This document shows, piece after piece, positions 46,858 to 56,766 of a DNA stretch of 64,000 nucleotides (position 1 is its first letter; the number at the start of each line of letters is the position of its first letter). Both the position numbers and the translations under genes were made by a program. Location of the stretch: the sequence record SRR20825019_1641; one strand, given 5' to 3'. The notes beneath the pieces are model-generated. The model was given only the letters and a program-made list of their open reading frames with translations. It was not told the DNA's origin and ran no database searches.

Positions 46858-48978
46858 TTACACCACCGCCAAAAGGTTATCGTATAGCTCCTGCACGCTT
46901 GAAAGCACGCGCGCCGCAGCACTATAGGCGTTCTGGTACACCACCAGATTGGCTAATTCTTCATCCATATTCACGCCGGAGACATCGGCATTGCGCTGCG
47001 CAACTTCCTGCTGCAGTGCGATATTATCTTCTTCCAAATTCTGGGCGCGTTGCGCCTGAAGGCCCGCATTGCCAAGGAAGCGCGCCACATATTGGCTCAA
47101 CGTTACGTTGCTGGCTTTAAGTTCACCTGCAGCGGCAAAACTAACAAGGCTTGTTTCCAATTTCTGGAACGCAAGGGCGCCGCGCTGGTCACCGTCCGTC
47201 AACACTACATCGCCAATAGCGCCCGTTGTATCGAACACGGAAAGCGCAAGCCGGTTAGGGTCTGCCTTAATGGTTGGATCAATTTTCACGTCACTGGCGG
47301 CATTCGCTTTATGCTGGTCACCGATACCAAAAGCCTCGGTAAAGCTGATACCTGTGCCGCCAATATCCGTAGTGTCTGACACCACTTCAAGTTTCAGGTC
47401 TGTATAAGTAGCGGTTTCCGCATAACTCAGCTCACCATTTGACCCCAGCGTGAAGCTAAAATAGTTACCAAGACCGGTGGCCCCGCTGTTCATCGCGGTG
47501 ATGATGTCGTTGTAACTTGTCGTCGAGCCAACAGGAATGGACACGGTGGCAATCTCAGCCCCAGATGAATTTACCACCCGGTACGTCGTGCTCTCAGTGG
47601 AGCCCATATTGTGGTTTTCCGAGCCATCAAGCCCGGTATCATAGATACCACTAGCCCCTGCAGACATCAGGTCATTCATGCCAAAATAGTGACTAAAACC
47701 ACGGCCCCCACGGTCGCTCGGTGTTGTCGCGTCATCGGCGATGGCAACGCCGTGGGCCGCATTAGTCGCCGTAAAGCTCATCACGCCATCGGTGAGCGCA
47801 AGCGTGCCTGCACCGCCAAGCGCTGTGTTTACCTGAGTCACCAGTGCATCAAAATCTGCAGGTGGTGCGGAATCGAAGTCCACGGTGACCGACTGCACAA
47901 GCTCGTTATCCGCATCAACAACAGCGAAGGTAACAATACCTGAAAAGCCAGTCTGCTGAGCACCATCAACTAGCGTTTGCTTACCGCTCAACTGGTTTGG
48001 TGCGGGCACCGCCGTAAACTCGTTGTGGATAGCGTTAAACTCATCCATCAACCGGGCTGACATTTCACCGAGCGATAGTGAGAGATCAACCAATTGTTCG
48101 TCCCGCATCTCCAAAAGGCCAGCCAGCTTGCCGGACCGAATGTGCGAAGCGAGATCGCGGCTCGAAGACTTTTGCTCGAGCGTCTCCGAGTCTACCCGGA
48201 AAATATTGATCGGCGGGAAGTCTGTCCCCGGGTCAACAATACCCGGCGCATCATACTCAAGCTGCAGAAGCGACGAATCGTAAAGCGGATATCCGGACTG
48301 GGTTGTCACGGTCACACCACCAGATGGTGCGCGGTCTACTTTAATATCGATCAGTTCCGAAAGCTTCCCAAGCGCCTGCGCCAACTGGCCCTCAAGGCCG
48401 CCGGTTTCTTCACCCATAGCACGCTGCCGCACCAGAAGCGGGTTAAGCTCGGCAATTCGTTGTAGTTCCGTATTAATCTCTGTCACTGTCTCCGAAATCT
48501 GCTGGCTTGCGTCAGCCCGCAGCGTCTGGATTTGCTCGTGGAACAGATTGATCTGGCTCGTAAAGCTCTCGGCCTCAGACAGCATTTGCTGCCGCCGAAG
48601 CACGTCAGCGGGATTAAGCGCAAGGTCGGCCATCGCCTGGAAAACCTGATCCATACGCGCTGAGAGCGAGCTGTTTGATGCAGGATCACCAAGAACCCCC
48701 TGAAGGCGGTCATGAAATTCACGCTGAACAGAAAATTCGGCGGTGTTTGAACCAGCCGTACGAAGTGCGCTTTCGAGGAAACGGTCAACGACCCGCTCAA
48801 TTTCGGATATAGTGACACCCGCTGATGATCCCTGCAGCACGTTGGCCTCTGTAGAGACACGCAGCCGCGAGTAACCTTCAGTGTTCACGTTCGCGATATT
48901 GTTGGAAGTTACCCGGATAGCCGACTGGTTGGTGAAAAGGCCGCTCAGCGATGTGGTCAGAATTCCATTAAGCGTCAT
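46858..48978 (-). CDS. flgK: Flagellar hook-associated protein FlgK
   Basis: SLSGL...SNNIANVNTEGYSR and SGVNMDEELANL...QNAYSAAARV; ATG at 48978 with a GGAGG RBS. Confidence 0.95.
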   Translation of the reverse strand: MTLNGILTTSLSGLFTNQSAIRVTSNNIANVNTEGYSRLRVSTEANVLQGSSAGVTISEIERVVDRFLESALRTAGSNTAEFSVQREFHDRLQGVLGDPASNSSLSARMDQVFQAMADLALNPADVLRRQQMLSEAESFTSQINLFHEQIQTLRADASQQISETVTEINTELQRIAELNPLLVRQRAMGEETGGLEGQLAQALGKLSELIDIKVDRAPSGGVTVTTQSGYPLYDSSLLQLEYDAPGIVDPGTDFPPINIFRVDSETLEQKSSSRDLASHIRSGKLAGLLEMRDEQLVDLSLSLGEMSARLMDEFNAIHNEFTAVPAPNQLSGKQTLVDGAQQTGFSGIVTFAVVDADNELVQSVTVDFDSAPPADFDALVTQVNTALGGAGTLALTDGVMSFTATNAAHGVAIADDATTPSDRGGRGFSHYFGMNDLMSAGASGIYDTGLDGSENHNMGSTESTTYRVVNSSGAEIATVSIPVGSTTSYNDIITAMNSGATGLGNYFSFTLGSNGELSYAETATYTDLKLEVVSDTTDIGGTGISFTEAFGIGDQHKANAASDVKIDPTIKADPNRLALSVFDTTGAIGDVVLTDGDQRGALAFQKLETSLVSFAAAGELKASNVTLSQYVARFLGNAGLQAQRAQNLEEDNIALQQEVAQRNADVSGVNMDEELANLVVYQNAYSAAARVLSSVQELYDNLLAVV

Positions 48979-49198
48979 GGCACACCTCCGCGTTCTGTTC
49001 CGCAACAGGGAAGGCAAATAGTGCCGCAGGTGTGAGGCTCAACCGGGCAAACCTGGCCTGACCGAAGCGCAATTCACCCCTAATCATCACATCACCCTGA
49101 AGTCTTTTCTCTTTGAAAAGCATAAACTTAACGCGCTTTCTCATCCGTCGGTTCACTCAGCCACTGGCGAAATTGCCTTTTGGTTCACCAATGAATGA

Positions 49199-49213
49199 GC
49201 AAAAGCTGTGCCA
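49199..49213 (-). promoter_or_regulatory. Sigma54 (-24/-12) promoter of flgKL
   Basis: The minus strand reads TGGCAC-AGCTT-TTGC, an exact consensus match, oriented toward flgK. Confidence 0.85.
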
Positions 49214-49346
49214 GATAGAGAATCTAGTCTTAAAGGGAAGAGAATGAGGGGCGTAGCGCAGTTAACGATCCAACTTTCGACACCATCCAAGAAAATGCGT
49301 TGTTACAACTTTTACGCTTTAACAGCGTCGCCAAATCTGCATAATA

Positions 49347-49361
49347 GAACAAAAGGAGAAC
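49347..49361 (+). promoter_or_regulatory. Alphaproteobacterial LexA (SOS) box
   Basis: GAAC-AAAAGGA-GAAC matches GAAC-N7-GAAC and overlaps the AGGAG RBS of the S24 gene. Confidence 0.8.
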
Positions 49362-49365
49362 AAAT

Positions 49366-49917
49366 ATGCGAAACCATCTAAAACCTGTTCGTCTCCGGCG
49401 GCAATCCTCCCTCCTCCCCCTATCAGGAAATCCGTCCAACCCGCAGCTCGATTGCACGGTGGAGAAAAAGCGGGTGGCAGCAGCCTTGCCGACCATTTCT
49501 TTTAGCCATAGCCACAAGAACTGGTTTTCCCAAAGACAGAAAGACCTCCCCATCCTCGGGCGGGCCCAAGGCGGGAACGACGGCAACATCGTGATGGAAG
49601 ATGGCGCCATTGACTGGACAGCGCGCCCCACATCACTTGACGGTGTTGATGATGCTTTCGCCGTCTATGTCACGGGCGACAGTATGGTGCCCAAGTATCA
49701 GGCTGGTGATCTGGTTTATATTCATCCTCATAAAACGCCAAGGAAAGGCCGCTTCGTATTGATTGAGATGACAGGGCATAAGGGCCTGATCAAGCAATTT
49801 GAAAAATGGGACGGGGATACACTGATTGTTAAACAGTTCAACCCGACTAGAGAACTACATCTTCTTCGCTTTGAGGTGCTCAAGGTTATGTTGATTATTG
49901 GCAGCATGGACGCCTGA
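49366..49917 (+). CDS. S24 family peptidase (LexA/CI/UmuD-type C-terminal domain) with no recognisable HTH
   Basis: LPILGRAQGG cleavage-loop-like segment, GDSMVP (Ser) and GLIKQF (Lys). Confidence 0.85.
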   Translation: MRNHLKPVRLRRQSSLLPLSGNPSNPQLDCTVEKKRVAAALPTISFSHSHKNWFSQRQKDLPILGRAQGGNDGNIVMEDGAIDWTARPTSLDGVDDAFAVYVTGDSMVPKYQAGDLVYIHPHKTPRKGRFVLIEMTGHKGLIKQFEKWDGDTLIVKQFNPTRELHLLRFEVLKVMLIIGSMDA

Positions 49918-50000
49918 AAGAGCAGATGCTAACAGCGGGCTTGATTTCAGCACGATGGATACCCAATATCCGCGCAACCACAACCGGAAGCACGGATGCC

Positions 50001-51233
50001 ATGGCTGACCTACATTCGATGGATAGCGTTCTTGACGAAATTTTCGCATCATACATGCGGGTTAAAAGCCTGCATATGGGGAAATATGACCGCGACTTCC
50101 GGACCCCGCGCCACTTGATCTCGCTCGCGCGTGATCTCGGCGTTTTACCTCCATCTGAGCGCACCATCCGCGTTACTGGAAGCAAGGGCAAAGGCACAAC
50201 AAGCAGGCTTATCGCCAGCTATCTGCATAAAACACTTCCGGGCGAGAAAGTCGGGCTTCTCGTCTCACCTGAAGAGTTCACCCATCTGGACCGCATACAA
50301 ATTGACGGGGAGCCAATCCCCGAAGAAACCTTCATTGCTATCTACAATGGCTTGCGCCCACACCTGCACACCCTGCTAAAGGCGGCTGGCGAGCATGGCT
50401 ATCTCTCGCCATCTGGAGTTTTCATGCTTATCGCGCTGATGTGGTTTCGACGCGAGAGCGTTGACCATTATGTTCTGGAGACAGGGCGCGGCGCAAAGTT
50501 TGACGAGGTTGGCCAGATTGGAAGCGCAATCAGCGTGGTCACCAGCATTTTTCTTGAGCACGCAGCCAATCTCGGCCCTTCACTCACGGATATCGCGGCT
50601 GATAAGCTTTCCATCAGCAACTCCTCAGGCCTTCTGGTGTGTCCCACGGAGTTACAGTCGCGTTTCAGCGCCTTCATCCATGCTGACGTTGCTGATTTGG
50701 AGTCGATGCGTGAGAATGCAGCTCTTCCGTTCTGGCTGGCCAGCAATGACCAACTCGCCCGAACGGCTGCTTGCGCTTACCTGACTAGGCACGACCGGCA
50801 CCGCCCGATCAGCGAAATTGAAGTGAAATCTCCCTCTTTCTTGTGGGCCAACGCGTATGGATGCAAGGTTCTTCTCGAGGCCATCATCAGCGCTTCATCG
50901 GCGGATGAACGTCTCTACACCGGACAGTTTAAGGGAAAAAACGCGCACGCACTTGTTTCCCTACCAGACGACAAGGACCGTGATCATTTACTCAAGCTAT
51001 GGCAGCAATATGGGCTCCGTTGCGCGGAAGTGGCGCTCAGTGGCACCCGCGGGTACCTGCACTACACCAAAACCAAAGCATCATCTGATTTCCTGGCTGA
51101 AATCGCCTTTGATGCCTCCGATGTAATGCACAAGGTTATCAAGGAATATATTACGACACATAAGCCAGAGGTGCTCTATCTAGCTGGCACACAAACCTAC
51201 GTCCGCCTAGTCAAACAGGCGCTCCATCAATAA
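50001..51233 (+). CDS. Divergent FolC/Mur-ligase family ATP-dependent amide ligase
   Basis: VTGSKGKGTT, VSP, DRIQIDG, ETGRGAKFD and EH...LG; the C-terminal domain is unlike canonical FolC. Confidence 0.78.
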   Translation: MADLHSMDSVLDEIFASYMRVKSLHMGKYDRDFRTPRHLISLARDLGVLPPSERTIRVTGSKGKGTTSRLIASYLHKTLPGEKVGLLVSPEEFTHLDRIQIDGEPIPEETFIAIYNGLRPHLHTLLKAAGEHGYLSPSGVFMLIALMWFRRESVDHYVLETGRGAKFDEVGQIGSAISVVTSIFLEHAANLGPSLTDIAADKLSISNSSGLLVCPTELQSRFSAFIHADVADLESMRENAALPFWLASNDQLARTAACAYLTRHDRHRPISEIEVKSPSFLWANAYGCKVLLEAIISASSADERLYTGQFKGKNAHALVSLPDDKDRDHLLKLWQQYGLRCAEVALSGTRGYLHYTKTKASSDFLAEIAFDASDVMHKVIKEYITTHKPEVLYLAGTQTYVRLVKQALHQ

Positions 51234-51252
51234 CTTTAACGGTTTTAAAGAG

Positions 51253-51339
51253 TGGTACCCGCAACCGGACTCGAACCGGTACGACCATACGGTCTCAAGA
51301 TTTTAAGTCTTGTGTGTCTACCAATTCCACCATGCGGGC
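51253..51339 (-). tRNA. tRNA-Leu(UAA)
   Basis: GCCCGCATGGTGGAATTGGTAGACAC...CAAGAC-TTAAAA-TCTTG, long variable arm, GGTTCGAGTCC and TGCGGGTACCA. Confidence 0.96.
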
Positions 51340-51444
51340 ACATGATCATGCGGCAGGAACAGATGGCGTTATAGACCAATTATTTCTGGTAGGACAACGC
51401 CCAAACTTGCTCGGCTGGTGTTTTTTTGGGGTACACTCGAAAAC

Positions 51445-52197
51445 TCAATCGATTTCAGTTGGTCCGTCCGTCGCAAAAGCGTTTTCACGGCAGAAATTAC
51501 GCAAGGCTTCCATGGCATCACTAACCGCCCCCTGGTCCGGACTACGGATCACCACCTGGGCGCCTACCCCTGCGTGATAGAACGGGTAGCTGCCAATGCT
51601 CACACCGCCATGCGCAGCCTGTAGGGCACCAAGCCCATCCGCGATCTTGCTCTCAGCCACATGAATGGTCAGCGCCTGCGTCCATACCTTACGTCCACTC
51701 TTGAGGAGCGGCCGTAAATCCTCAAGCATCGCCTGCATGATCTTGGGCACGCCCGCGAGGATGAACACATTTTCAATGCGGATGCCGGGCGCAATGGAAA
51801 CGGGGTTGTCAACCAGTTCACCGCCCGCTGGCACCCGCGCCATACGCTGGCGCGCAGGGGTGAAGTTTTCGGCCCCATAATAGGCTTCCATCCGGGCATA
51901 GGCTTCTTTGTGCGTAACCACAGGCACGCCGAAGGCTGCGGCGATACTATCCACCGTGATATCGTCATGGGTCGGGCCAATGCCGCCTGTGGTGAACACA
52001 TAGTCATAGCGTGCCCGGAGTGCGTTCACCGCGTCCGCGATTTCACCTTCAATATCGGGCACCACGCGCACCTCAGCAAGCTGGATACCCGCCTCGTTCA
52101 GCCATGTCGCGAGATAGGAGATATTCTTGTCCTGCGTGCGGCCAGAGAGTATCTCATCCCCAATTACAAGCAGACCAGCTTTAACGTCGTCAGGCAT
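51445..52197 (-). CDS. CinA-like molybdopterin-binding-domain protein
   Basis: IGDEILSGRTQDKN, TTGGIGPTHDDIT, LAGVP and IGSYP. Confidence 0.9.
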   Translation of the reverse strand: MPDDVKAGLLVIGDEILSGRTQDKNISYLATWLNEAGIQLAEVRVVPDIEGEIADAVNALRARYDYVFTTGGIGPTHDDITVDSIAAAFGVPVVTHKEAYARMEAYYGAENFTPARQRMARVPAGGELVDNPVSIAPGIRIENVFILAGVPKIMQAMLEDLRPLLKSGRKVWTQALTIHVAESKIADGLGALQAAHGGVSIGSYPFYHAGVGAQVVIRSPDQGAVSDAMEALRNFCRENAFATDGPTEID

Positions 52198-52354
52198 AAA
52201 ATTCCCCGTCTTATTGCGGTTTCCTTGAAGGCTTTGCCAGAATTCTTTAAACCAGAATTCAAGAAGGGTTGCACTCTAATCGGTCAATCGGTTTTAGTAC
52301 ACTCAGATCTGGCGATCAGATCACAGAAAAACATCAGTTATAGAGGGGACCATC

Positions 52355-53458
52355 ATGAAAACACGGGCTGCAGTTGCTTGGGGCGCGGGTAAACCACTTT
52401 CTGTCGAGGAAGTTGACCTTGAAGGCCCCAAGGCGGGCGAAGTGCTCGTTGAGATCAAAGCCACAGGCGTTTGCCACACGGACGCCTTCACCCTTTCAGG
52501 CGACGACCCTGAAGGCGCTTTCCCTGCCATTCTGGGCCATGAAGGCGCCGGTGTTGTGCTTGAGGTTGGTGAAGGCGTCAAAAGCCTGAAGCCCGGTGAC
52601 CATGTGATCCCCCTTTATACGCCTGAGTGCCGGGAATGTGACTATTGCCTGCACCCCAAAACCAACCTCTGCCAGGCGATCCGCGAGACACAGGGCAAAG
52701 GCGTGATGCCGGATGGTACCAGTCGCTTCTCGATCGATGGCAAACCAATCCTCCATTATATGGGCTGTTCAACCTTCTCGAACCACACCGTGCTGCCTGA
52801 AATCGCGCTCGCGAAAGTACGCAAGGACGCACCGTTCGAGAAGATCTGCTACATCGGCTGTGGCGTGACCACAGGTGTAGGTGCTGTTGCGTTTGACGCG
52901 AAAGTTGAGCCCGGCTCAAACGTGGTGGTGTTTGGCCTTGGCGGTATCGGCCTCAATGTTATTCAAGGCGCGCGCATGGTTGGTGCCAATAAAATTGTCG
53001 GCGTTGACATTAATAATGAGCGTGAAGCCATGGGCCGCCAGTTCGGCATGACTGACTTCATCAACCCCAAGGAATGCGACGTGATGCAGGCCATTATGGA
53101 CCTGACGAACGGCGGCGCAGACTATAGCTTTGAGTGCATCGGCAACGTGAACACCATGCGTCAGGCGCTTGAATGCTGCCATAAGGGTTGGGGCGAAAGC
53201 ATCATCATTGGGGTGGCCGGTGCGGGGCAGGAAATCTCCACCCGGCCCTTCCAATTGGTTACCGGGCGTGTATGGCGCGGCACCGCTTTTGGTGGCGCAC
53301 GAGGCCGCACCGATGTACCCAAGATCGTAGATTGGTACATGGACGGCAAGATCAATATCGATGACTTGATCACCCACACCATGCCGCTTGACGAGATCAA
53401 CAGTGCGTTTGACCTGATGCACGAAGGCAAATCCATCCGCTCAGTGGTGATGTACTGA
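52355..53458 (+). CDS. frmA: S-(hydroxymethyl)glutathione dehydrogenase / class III alcohol dehydrogenase
   Basis: GVCHTD, GHEGAG, structural Zn cysteines and [18 protein letters not shown]. Confidence 0.97.
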   Translation: MKTRAAVAWGAGKPLSVEEVDLEGPKAGEVLVEIKATGVCHTDAFTLSGDDPEGAFPAILGHEGAGVVLEVGEGVKSLKPGDHVIPLYTPECRECDYCLHPKTNLCQAIRETQGKGVMPDGTSRFSIDGKPILHYMGCSTFSNHTVLPEIALAKVRKDAPFEKICYIGCGVTTGVGAVAFDAKVEPGSNVVVFGLGGIGLNVIQGARMVGANKIVGVDINNEREAMGRQFGMTDFINPKECDVMQAIMDLTNGGADYSFECIGNVNTMRQALECCHKGWGESIIIGVAGAGQEISTRPFQLVTGRVWRGTAFGGARGRTDVPKIVDWYMDGKINIDDLITHTMPLDEINSAFDLMHEGKSIRSVVMY

Positions 53459-54297
53459 TGTCGTTTGAGGTGATTTCAGAGACCGCCTGCTTTGGTGGCA
53501 CGCAAGGCTATTACAAACATACCTCGAAAACCCTTGGGTGTGAGATGCGATTCTCCGTCTTTTCGCCCCGACAAGCTCAAGAGGGCCGCGTGCCCGTTTT
53601 GTGGTACCTCTCAGGCCTCACTTGTACGGAAGACAACGCCACCGTGAAAGCCGGTTTCCAGCGGGTCGCCAGCGAGCTTGGCTTGATGGTTATCTGTCCG
53701 GACACAAGCCCGCGCGGTGATGATGTGCCGGACGACGACGCCTATGATTTTGGCAAAGGTGCAGGTTTCTACGTGGATGCCAAGGAAGCGCCGTGGGCTG
53801 AGAACTTCCAGATGTACAGCTACGTCACCAGCGAGTTGCCTGCGCTGGTTAAAGACCAGTTCCCCGCCGACATGAACCGACAGGGCATCACTGGCCACTC
53901 CATGGGTGGGCACGGTGCGCTGACCATCTTCCTCAAAAACCGGGATACCTATAAAAGCATTTCCGCGTTTGCGCCCATCGTCTCGCCCATGAATTGCCCG
54001 TGGGGCGAAAAAGCACTCACTGGCTATCTCGGCGCGAACCGTACAGCATGGGCAGACTACGATGCCTGCGCGTTGATGGAAAAACATGGGGCAACAGATA
54101 CGGAAATCCTGATCGATCAAGGTCTTGCGGATAACTTCCTCGAAGGCCAGTTGAAGCCTGAGTTGTTTGAAGAGGCGTGCGAGAAAGCGGGACAAAAGCT
54201 CACCCTGCGCAAGCATCCAGGGTATGATCACAGCTATTTCTTCATCTCTACCTTCATTGAAGACCATCTGCGGCACCACGCCGCCCAGCTTAGCTAG
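53458..54297 (+). CDS. fghA: S-formylglutathione hydrolase
   Basis: LSGLTCT, PDTSPRG, GHSMGGHG and GYDHSYFFI; TGATG coupling to frmA. Confidence 0.97.
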   Translation: MSFEVISETACFGGTQGYYKHTSKTLGCEMRFSVFSPRQAQEGRVPVLWYLSGLTCTEDNATVKAGFQRVASELGLMVICPDTSPRGDDVPDDDAYDFGKGAGFYVDAKEAPWAENFQMYSYVTSELPALVKDQFPADMNRQGITGHSMGGHGALTIFLKNRDTYKSISAFAPIVSPMNCPWGEKALTGYLGANRTAWADYDACALMEKHGATDTEILIDQGLADNFLEGQLKPELFEEACEKAGQKLTLRKHPGYDHSYFFISTFIEDHLRHHAAQLS

Positions 54298-54307
54298 AGG
54301 AACATAT

Positions 54308-55258
54308 ATGCGGCGCCTTCTTATCTCAGGGTTACTGGCCATTCTGGCTTTCACAAGCCCTAGTTTTGCGCATCAGGACCCTGAGATTGCGGGTTACATT
54401 GAGGTCGATGGCGGCCGCATCTGGTACCGGCTGAACGGTAGTGAGCATATGGGAAAAAAGCCCGCCATTATCATGATGCATGGTGGCCCGGGCGGCACGC
54501 ACCGCTCAAACATGCCCTATGTGGCGCTCTCGGATGAATACCCGGTTATCCTCTATGACCAGTTGGGCACCGGCAATTCAGACCGGCCCGGTAACATTGA
54601 AACCTGGACCGTTGAACATTTTGTGGCAGAGATTGACCGTATTCGTGACGCGCTCGGGCTTAGAGATGTGATTATTGCGGGCCATAGCTGGGGCGGCACA
54701 CTCGCGGCTGAATATGCTACACGCAGGCCTGAAGGCCTTCAGGCCGCTATCCTTTCAAGCCCGCTGATTTCCACGCACCAATGGCTGGCCGATAATCAGG
54801 TATGGATTGACCAATTGCCCGAAGATGTCGCTGCAACAATCCGCCGTCATGAAGCGAACGGCACCACAGATACGCCAGAATACCGCGCAGCAGAAGCAGA
54901 GTTCTATAAGCGCCACATGTGCCGCACGTCGCCCTGCCCGCTTGAGCGCTACCGCACTGACGGCCCCAAAGGCAACGGTGAGATGTATGAATATATGTGG
55001 GGCCCATCTGAGTTTTTTGCGCCCGGCACGCTGAGGGATTATGACATCAGCCCAAAGCTTGCCAGCATCAATGTGCCAACCCAGATGATCTGTGGTGAAT
55101 TTGATGAAGCGGCGCCCAAAAGCTGTATGAAATATGCAGATATGATCGACGGTGCAAAAACCCTGATCGTGCCAGACGCGGGCCACGCCACCATGGGCGA
55201 CAATGAAAAGCTGTACATCACCACCGTACGGCAGTTTCTACACGACGCGCTAGAATAA
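54308..55258 (+). CDS. Exported proline iminopeptidase-family alpha/beta hydrolase
   Basis: Signal peptide, HGGPGG, YDQLG, GHSWGG, GEFDE and AGH. Confidence 0.9.
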   Translation: MRRLLISGLLAILAFTSPSFAHQDPEIAGYIEVDGGRIWYRLNGSEHMGKKPAIIMMHGGPGGTHRSNMPYVALSDEYPVILYDQLGTGNSDRPGNIETWTVEHFVAEIDRIRDALGLRDVIIAGHSWGGTLAAEYATRRPEGLQAAILSSPLISTHQWLADNQVWIDQLPEDVAATIRRHEANGTTDTPEYRAAEAEFYKRHMCRTSPCPLERYRTDGPKGNGEMYEYMWGPSEFFAPGTLRDYDISPKLASINVPTQMICGEFDEAAPKSCMKYADMIDGAKTLIVPDAGHATMGDNEKLYITTVRQFLHDALE

Positions 55259-55275
55259 TAGCAACCCGCAAACAC

Positions 55276-55304
55276 AAAAGGGCGGCCAGATGGCCGCCCT
55301 TTTT
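55276..55304. terminator. Bidirectional intrinsic terminator
   Basis: AAAAGGGCGGCC-AGAT-GGCCGCCCTTTTT between convergent genes. Confidence 0.85.
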
Positions 55305-55325
55305 CATACCCAAAGCTGTTTCGGC

Positions 55326-56627
55326 TTATTCGCCAAACACACGTTTGAAAATCGTGTCCACATGTTTGGTGTGGTAATCCATGTTGAAAAGCTCCTCAAG
55401 CTCAGCTTCGGAAACCTTGTTGGTCACGGTTTCATCCGCCTTCAAGAGGTCAAGAAGCTGCAACTCACCACGGCTTTCCCAAACCTTCATCGCATTGGCC
55501 TGCACAAGGCGGTAAGCGTCTTCACGGCTCACACCTGCTTGTGTCAGCTCAAGAAGCACACGCTGGCTGTTTGGCAAGCCGCCCATCTTGTTCATGTTAT
55601 CAAGCATGTTGTCAGGGTATACCAGCAGTTGGTCCATCACGTTGGTGAGGCGCGCGAGGCTGAAATCAAGCGCGATGGTCGCGTCCGGGCCAATGTAACG
55701 CTCTACGCTTGAGTGCGAGATATCCCGCTCATGCCACAGCGCCACGTTTTCCATCGCCGGGATCGCCATGGCACGGATATAACGCGCCTGGCCCGTGAGG
55801 TTCTCTGTGAGGATCGGGTTTTTCTTGTGCGGCATCGCGCTTGAGCCCTTCTGGCCTTTGGAGAAATACTCCTGCGCCTCCAGCACTTCGGTGCGCTGAA
55901 GGTGACGTACTTCAACGGAAAGCCGCTCAATACAGCTGGCTACTACACCCAGCACAGCAAAATACATAGCATGGCGGTCACGCGGAATCACCTGCGTGGA
56001 CACAGGTTCAACCTCAAGGCCCATCTTTTCGGCCACATGTTCTTCCACATAGGGGTCGATGTTCGCGAAAGTACCAACCGCGCCGGAGATCGCGCAGGTT
56101 GCCACTTCCTTGCGTGCAATCTTCATACGCTCAAGGCAGCGGTCAAACTCGGCATACGCCTGTGCCATTTTCAGGCCAAAGGTTACGGGCTCAGCATGAA
56201 TGCCGTGGCTACGGCCAATACAAACTGTGTATTTGTGTTCTTCAGCGCGGCGCTTCAGCACAACAAGAAGCTTCTCAAGGTCATCAATAATGATGTCCGC
56301 CGCCTGCATTAGCTGAACGGAAAGGCAGGTGTCCAGAACGTCCGAGGACGTCATGCCCTGGTGCACAAAGCGCGCTTCGTCGCCCACGTGTTCGGCCAGA
56401 TTGGTAAGGAAAGCGATCACGTCGTGTTTCACTTCGCGCTCGATCTCATCGATGCGGTCAATTTCCCACTGGCCCCGTTCCCATACCGCTTTGGCGGCAG
56501 CTTCCGGTATACGGCCAAGCTTGGCGTTCGCGTCACACGCATGCGCTTCAATCTCGAACCAGATACGGAAGCGGTTTTCCGCCTCCCAAATGTCGGTCAT
56601 TTGTTTGCGGGCATAACGAGGGATCAT
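55326..56627 (-). CDS. purB: Adenylosuccinate lyase
   Basis: [33 protein letters not shown] and [12 protein letters not shown]. Confidence 0.98.
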   Translation of the reverse strand: MIPRYARKQMTDIWEAENRFRIWFEIEAHACDANAKLGRIPEAAAKAVWERGQWEIDRIDEIEREVKHDVIAFLTNLAEHVGDEARFVHQGMTSSDVLDTCLSVQLMQAADIIIDDLEKLLVVLKRRAEEHKYTVCIGRSHGIHAEPVTFGLKMAQAYAEFDRCLERMKIARKEVATCAISGAVGTFANIDPYVEEHVAEKMGLEVEPVSTQVIPRDRHAMYFAVLGVVASCIERLSVEVRHLQRTEVLEAQEYFSKGQKGSSAMPHKKNPILTENLTGQARYIRAMAIPAMENVALWHERDISHSSVERYIGPDATIALDFSLARLTNVMDQLLVYPDNMLDNMNKMGGLPNSQRVLLELTQAGVSREDAYRLVQANAMKVWESRGELQLLDLLKADETVTNKVSEAELEELFNMDYHTKHVDTIFKRVFGE

Positions 56628-56766
56628 GGGGCGCGCTCCTCACACAGAAAGAAATATCTAAAAACTGCCGCTCTGCTAGCAGAAAGCTCGGCTCATCGCA
56701 AGTTCCCTTGACACCTTCCCCGTCGCCCGCGAGCATATCCGCAACTTACGGGAGGGAGACCCCATC

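Noticed and set aside
49248-49262. GGGGCGTAGCGCAGT resembling a tRNA 5' end (possible att scar)
   Set aside because: It is only 15 nt with no cloverleaf, and it does not match the 3' end of the neighbouring tRNA-Leu.
51039-51050. AGTGGCACCCGC, an 11/12 match to the tRNA-Leu 3' end region
   Set aside because: It is short, lies inside a coding sequence only ~200 bp from the tRNA, and there is no integrase, so chance is the likely explanation.
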